This document shows, one piece after another, positions 30,317-32,000 of a stretch of DNA of 32,000 nt (position 1 is its first letter; each line of letters starts with the position of its first letter). The notes beneath the pieces were generated by a model. It saw nothing but the letters and a program-made list of their open reading frames with translations. It did not search any database and was not told the DNA's origin. The DNA comes from Candidatus Blochmanniella floridana (GTDB taxonomy: Bacteria; Pseudomonadota; Gammaproteobacteria; Enterobacterales; Enterobacteriaceae): the NCBI GenBank assembly GCA_000043285.1, contig BX248583.1, positions 420,001-452,000 on the forward strand, given 5' to 3'. A program made the translations under genes and the position numbers.

Positions 30317-30735
30317 AAGAAATCATGGTAATTCAATAACTGTTTTAATATAATAAAAAAAATTAGTAAAATTGAAAATATAAAAAATTAAAACATATAA
30401 ATACTATCATTATGAAATTTTAATTATATTAACAATCATTACATAATAATATATGGTTACGATAAAATACAATGTTGTTATTATATTTAAATATAAATAT
30501 TAAATTTCAATACCAATAAAAATACATATATTTATTTTAATAAAAACCATATTAATCTAAAATACTAAAATATTTACAAGTTGTAATTAATTTAAATATA
30601 ACTCACAATTGTATAAAAAATTGTAAATTTAAAATCCATTAAATGTCAAACTGTAAAATATTTAAATTCATAAAAATTTAAACTAAACAATATCTATATA
30701 TTCTAAGATAAAATATCAACATTGAGTAAAACATA
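30317..30735 (+). promoter_or_regulatory. rluC-rne divergent promoter region and presumed long rne 5' leader
   Basis: 419-bp A/T spacer upstream of rne. E. coli rne has a 5' UTR of about 360 nt used for autoregulation, so a comparable leader is expected here. I cannot define promoters or hairpins with confidence in DNA of this composition. Confidence 0.35.
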
Positions 30736-32000
30736 ATGAAAAGAATGTTAATTAACGCTACTCAAAAAGAAGAACTACGAGTAGCATTAGTAGATGGACA
30801 ACGACTATATGATTTAGATATCGAAATAATAGGGCACGAACAAAAAAAAGCTAATATTTATAAAGGAAAAATAGTTCGCATTGAACCGAGTCTAGAAGCA
30901 GTTTTTGTAGACTATGGATCAGAAAAACACGGATTTTTACCGATCAAAGAAATTTCTCAAGAATATTTTCTTTGCTCGTCATCACATAATAAATCTAGTA
31001 TTAAAGAAATATTACGAGAAGGTCAAGAATTAATTGTACAAATTGATAAAGAAGAAAGAGGAACTAAAGGAGCGGCATTAACTACCTTTATTAGTTTAGC
31101 AGGAAGTTATTTAGTACTCATGCCAAATAATCCAAAATCTGGAGGAATTTCCAGACGTATTGAAGGTAATGAACGTATAGAATTAAAAGAAACTTTATCT
31201 ACTCTAGATTTACCTGAAGGTATGAGCTTAATTATTAGAACAGCTGGAGTTGGCAAATCTATAGAAGCTTTAGAATGGGACTTAACTTCGAGATTACAAC
31301 ATTGGAAAACTATTCAAAATACAGCATCCACACAATTAGCTCCATTTTTAATCCATCAAGATAGCAACGTTATTGTTCGAGCATTCAGAGATTATTTAAA
31401 ACCAGATATAGGAGAAATTTTAATTGATAACCCTGACATTTTAAATATAGCTAAAGAACATATCACTTCTTTAGGTCGACCAGATTTTGTAAAAAAAATT
31501 AAATTATATAATGGAGATATTCCATTATTTAGCCATTATCAAATTGAATCTCAAATAGAATCTGCATTTTTACATGAAGTACGATTACCTTCAGGAGGAT
31601 CAATTATAATTGATACTACTGAAGCATTGACAGCCATTGATATTAATTCTGCTAGATCTACCAAAGGATTAGACATCGAAGACACAGCTTTCAATACAAA
31701 TTTAGAAGCAACAGATGAAATAGCAAGACAACTACGTTTACGAGATGTTGGAGGATTGATAGTAATTGATTTTATCGATATGATTTCTGTAAAACATCAA
31801 CGCGAAATTGAAAATACTTTACGTACAACAGTACGTCAAGATAGAGCTCGCATTCAAATAGGCCGTATCTCTAAATTTGGTCTATTAGAACTATCTAGAC
31901 AACGATTAAGACCATCGTTAGATGAATCAAGTCATCATGTTTGCCCCAGATGTAGTGGAACCGGTAGTATTCGAGATAATAAATCACTTTCTTTATCCAT
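30736..32000 (+). CDS. rne: ribonuclease E, N-terminal catalytic half; the gene runs off the right edge
   Basis: Absent from the track because it is open at the window edge. My translation from the ATG at 30736 is [73 protein letters not shown]..., nearly identical to the E. coli RNase E start. It continues in frame to the Zn-link [13 protein letters not shown] near 31940-31980. Confidence 0.96.
   Translation, partial: MKRMLINATQKEELRVALVDGQRLYDLDIEIIGHEQKKANIYKGKIVRIEPSLEAVFVDYGSEKHGFLPIKEISQEYFLCSSSHNKSSIKEILREGQELIVQIDKEERGTKGAALTTFISLAGSYLVLMPNNPKSGGISRRIEGNERIELKETLSTLDLPEGMSLIIRTAGVGKSIEALEWDLTSRLQHWKTIQNTASTQLAPFLIHQDSNVIVRAFRDYLKPDIGEILIDNPDILNIAKEHITSLGRPDFVKKIKLYNGDIPLFSHYQIESQIESAFLHEVRLPSGGSIIIDTTEALTAIDINSARSTKGLDIEDTAFNTNLEATDEIARQLRLRDVGGLIVIDFIDMISVKHQREIENTLRTTVRQDRARIQIGRISKFGLLELSRQRLRPSLDESSHHVCPRCSGTGSIRDNKSLSLS

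Overview
This window is very AT-rich (roughly three-quarters A+T by eye, not computed; intergenic spacers are almost pure A/T). It is densely packed with intact housekeeping genes. I support 29 protein-coding genes, 2 of them truncated by the window edges. I found no rRNA, tRNA, CRISPR, IS or phage genes; tRNAs would stand out as GC-rich islands in these spacers and none is visible.

Gene content and order match two compacted E. coli K-12 neighbourhoods:
- Block A: aroA-serC / serS-lolA-ftsK / trxB / infA.
- Block B: emtA / mnmA-purB / lolE-lolD-lolC / lpoB-hinT-ycfH-holB-tmk-pabC-acpP-fabG-fabD-fabH-plsX-rpmF / rluC / rne.

Many genes that lie between these in E. coli are absent (rarA, lrp, hflD, mfd, ycfL, ptsG, fhuE, mltG, fabF, yceD, maf and others). 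Only 100-500 bp A/T spacers remain in their place. This is the signature of a genome-reduced obligate insect endosymbiont of the Enterobacterales. Wigglesworthia-like or Blochmannia-like is my guess, and I cannot verify it without a database search.

The one place that is not ordinary core synteny is 8.9-12.2 kb, exactly at the junction of the two blocks. It holds an intact 2.2-kb TonB-dependent outer-membrane transporter carrying what looks like the OprC/NosA copper-site signature (CxxxM ... HxM). Transcribed divergently from it is a 212-aa ToxR/TcpP-type membrane-anchored winged-helix regulator with a short, five-cysteine periplasmic tail. That pair is my best candidate for an undescribed system: a metal (copper?) sensing and import module kept in a minimal genome.

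Other points worth a second look:
- FtsK ends right after the motor beta domain, so the KOPS/XerD gamma domain is missing.
- LpoB is divergent, with a shortened linker and an odd lipobox.
- There are several long perfect A/T palindromes and one orphan terminator in the gene-loss spacers.
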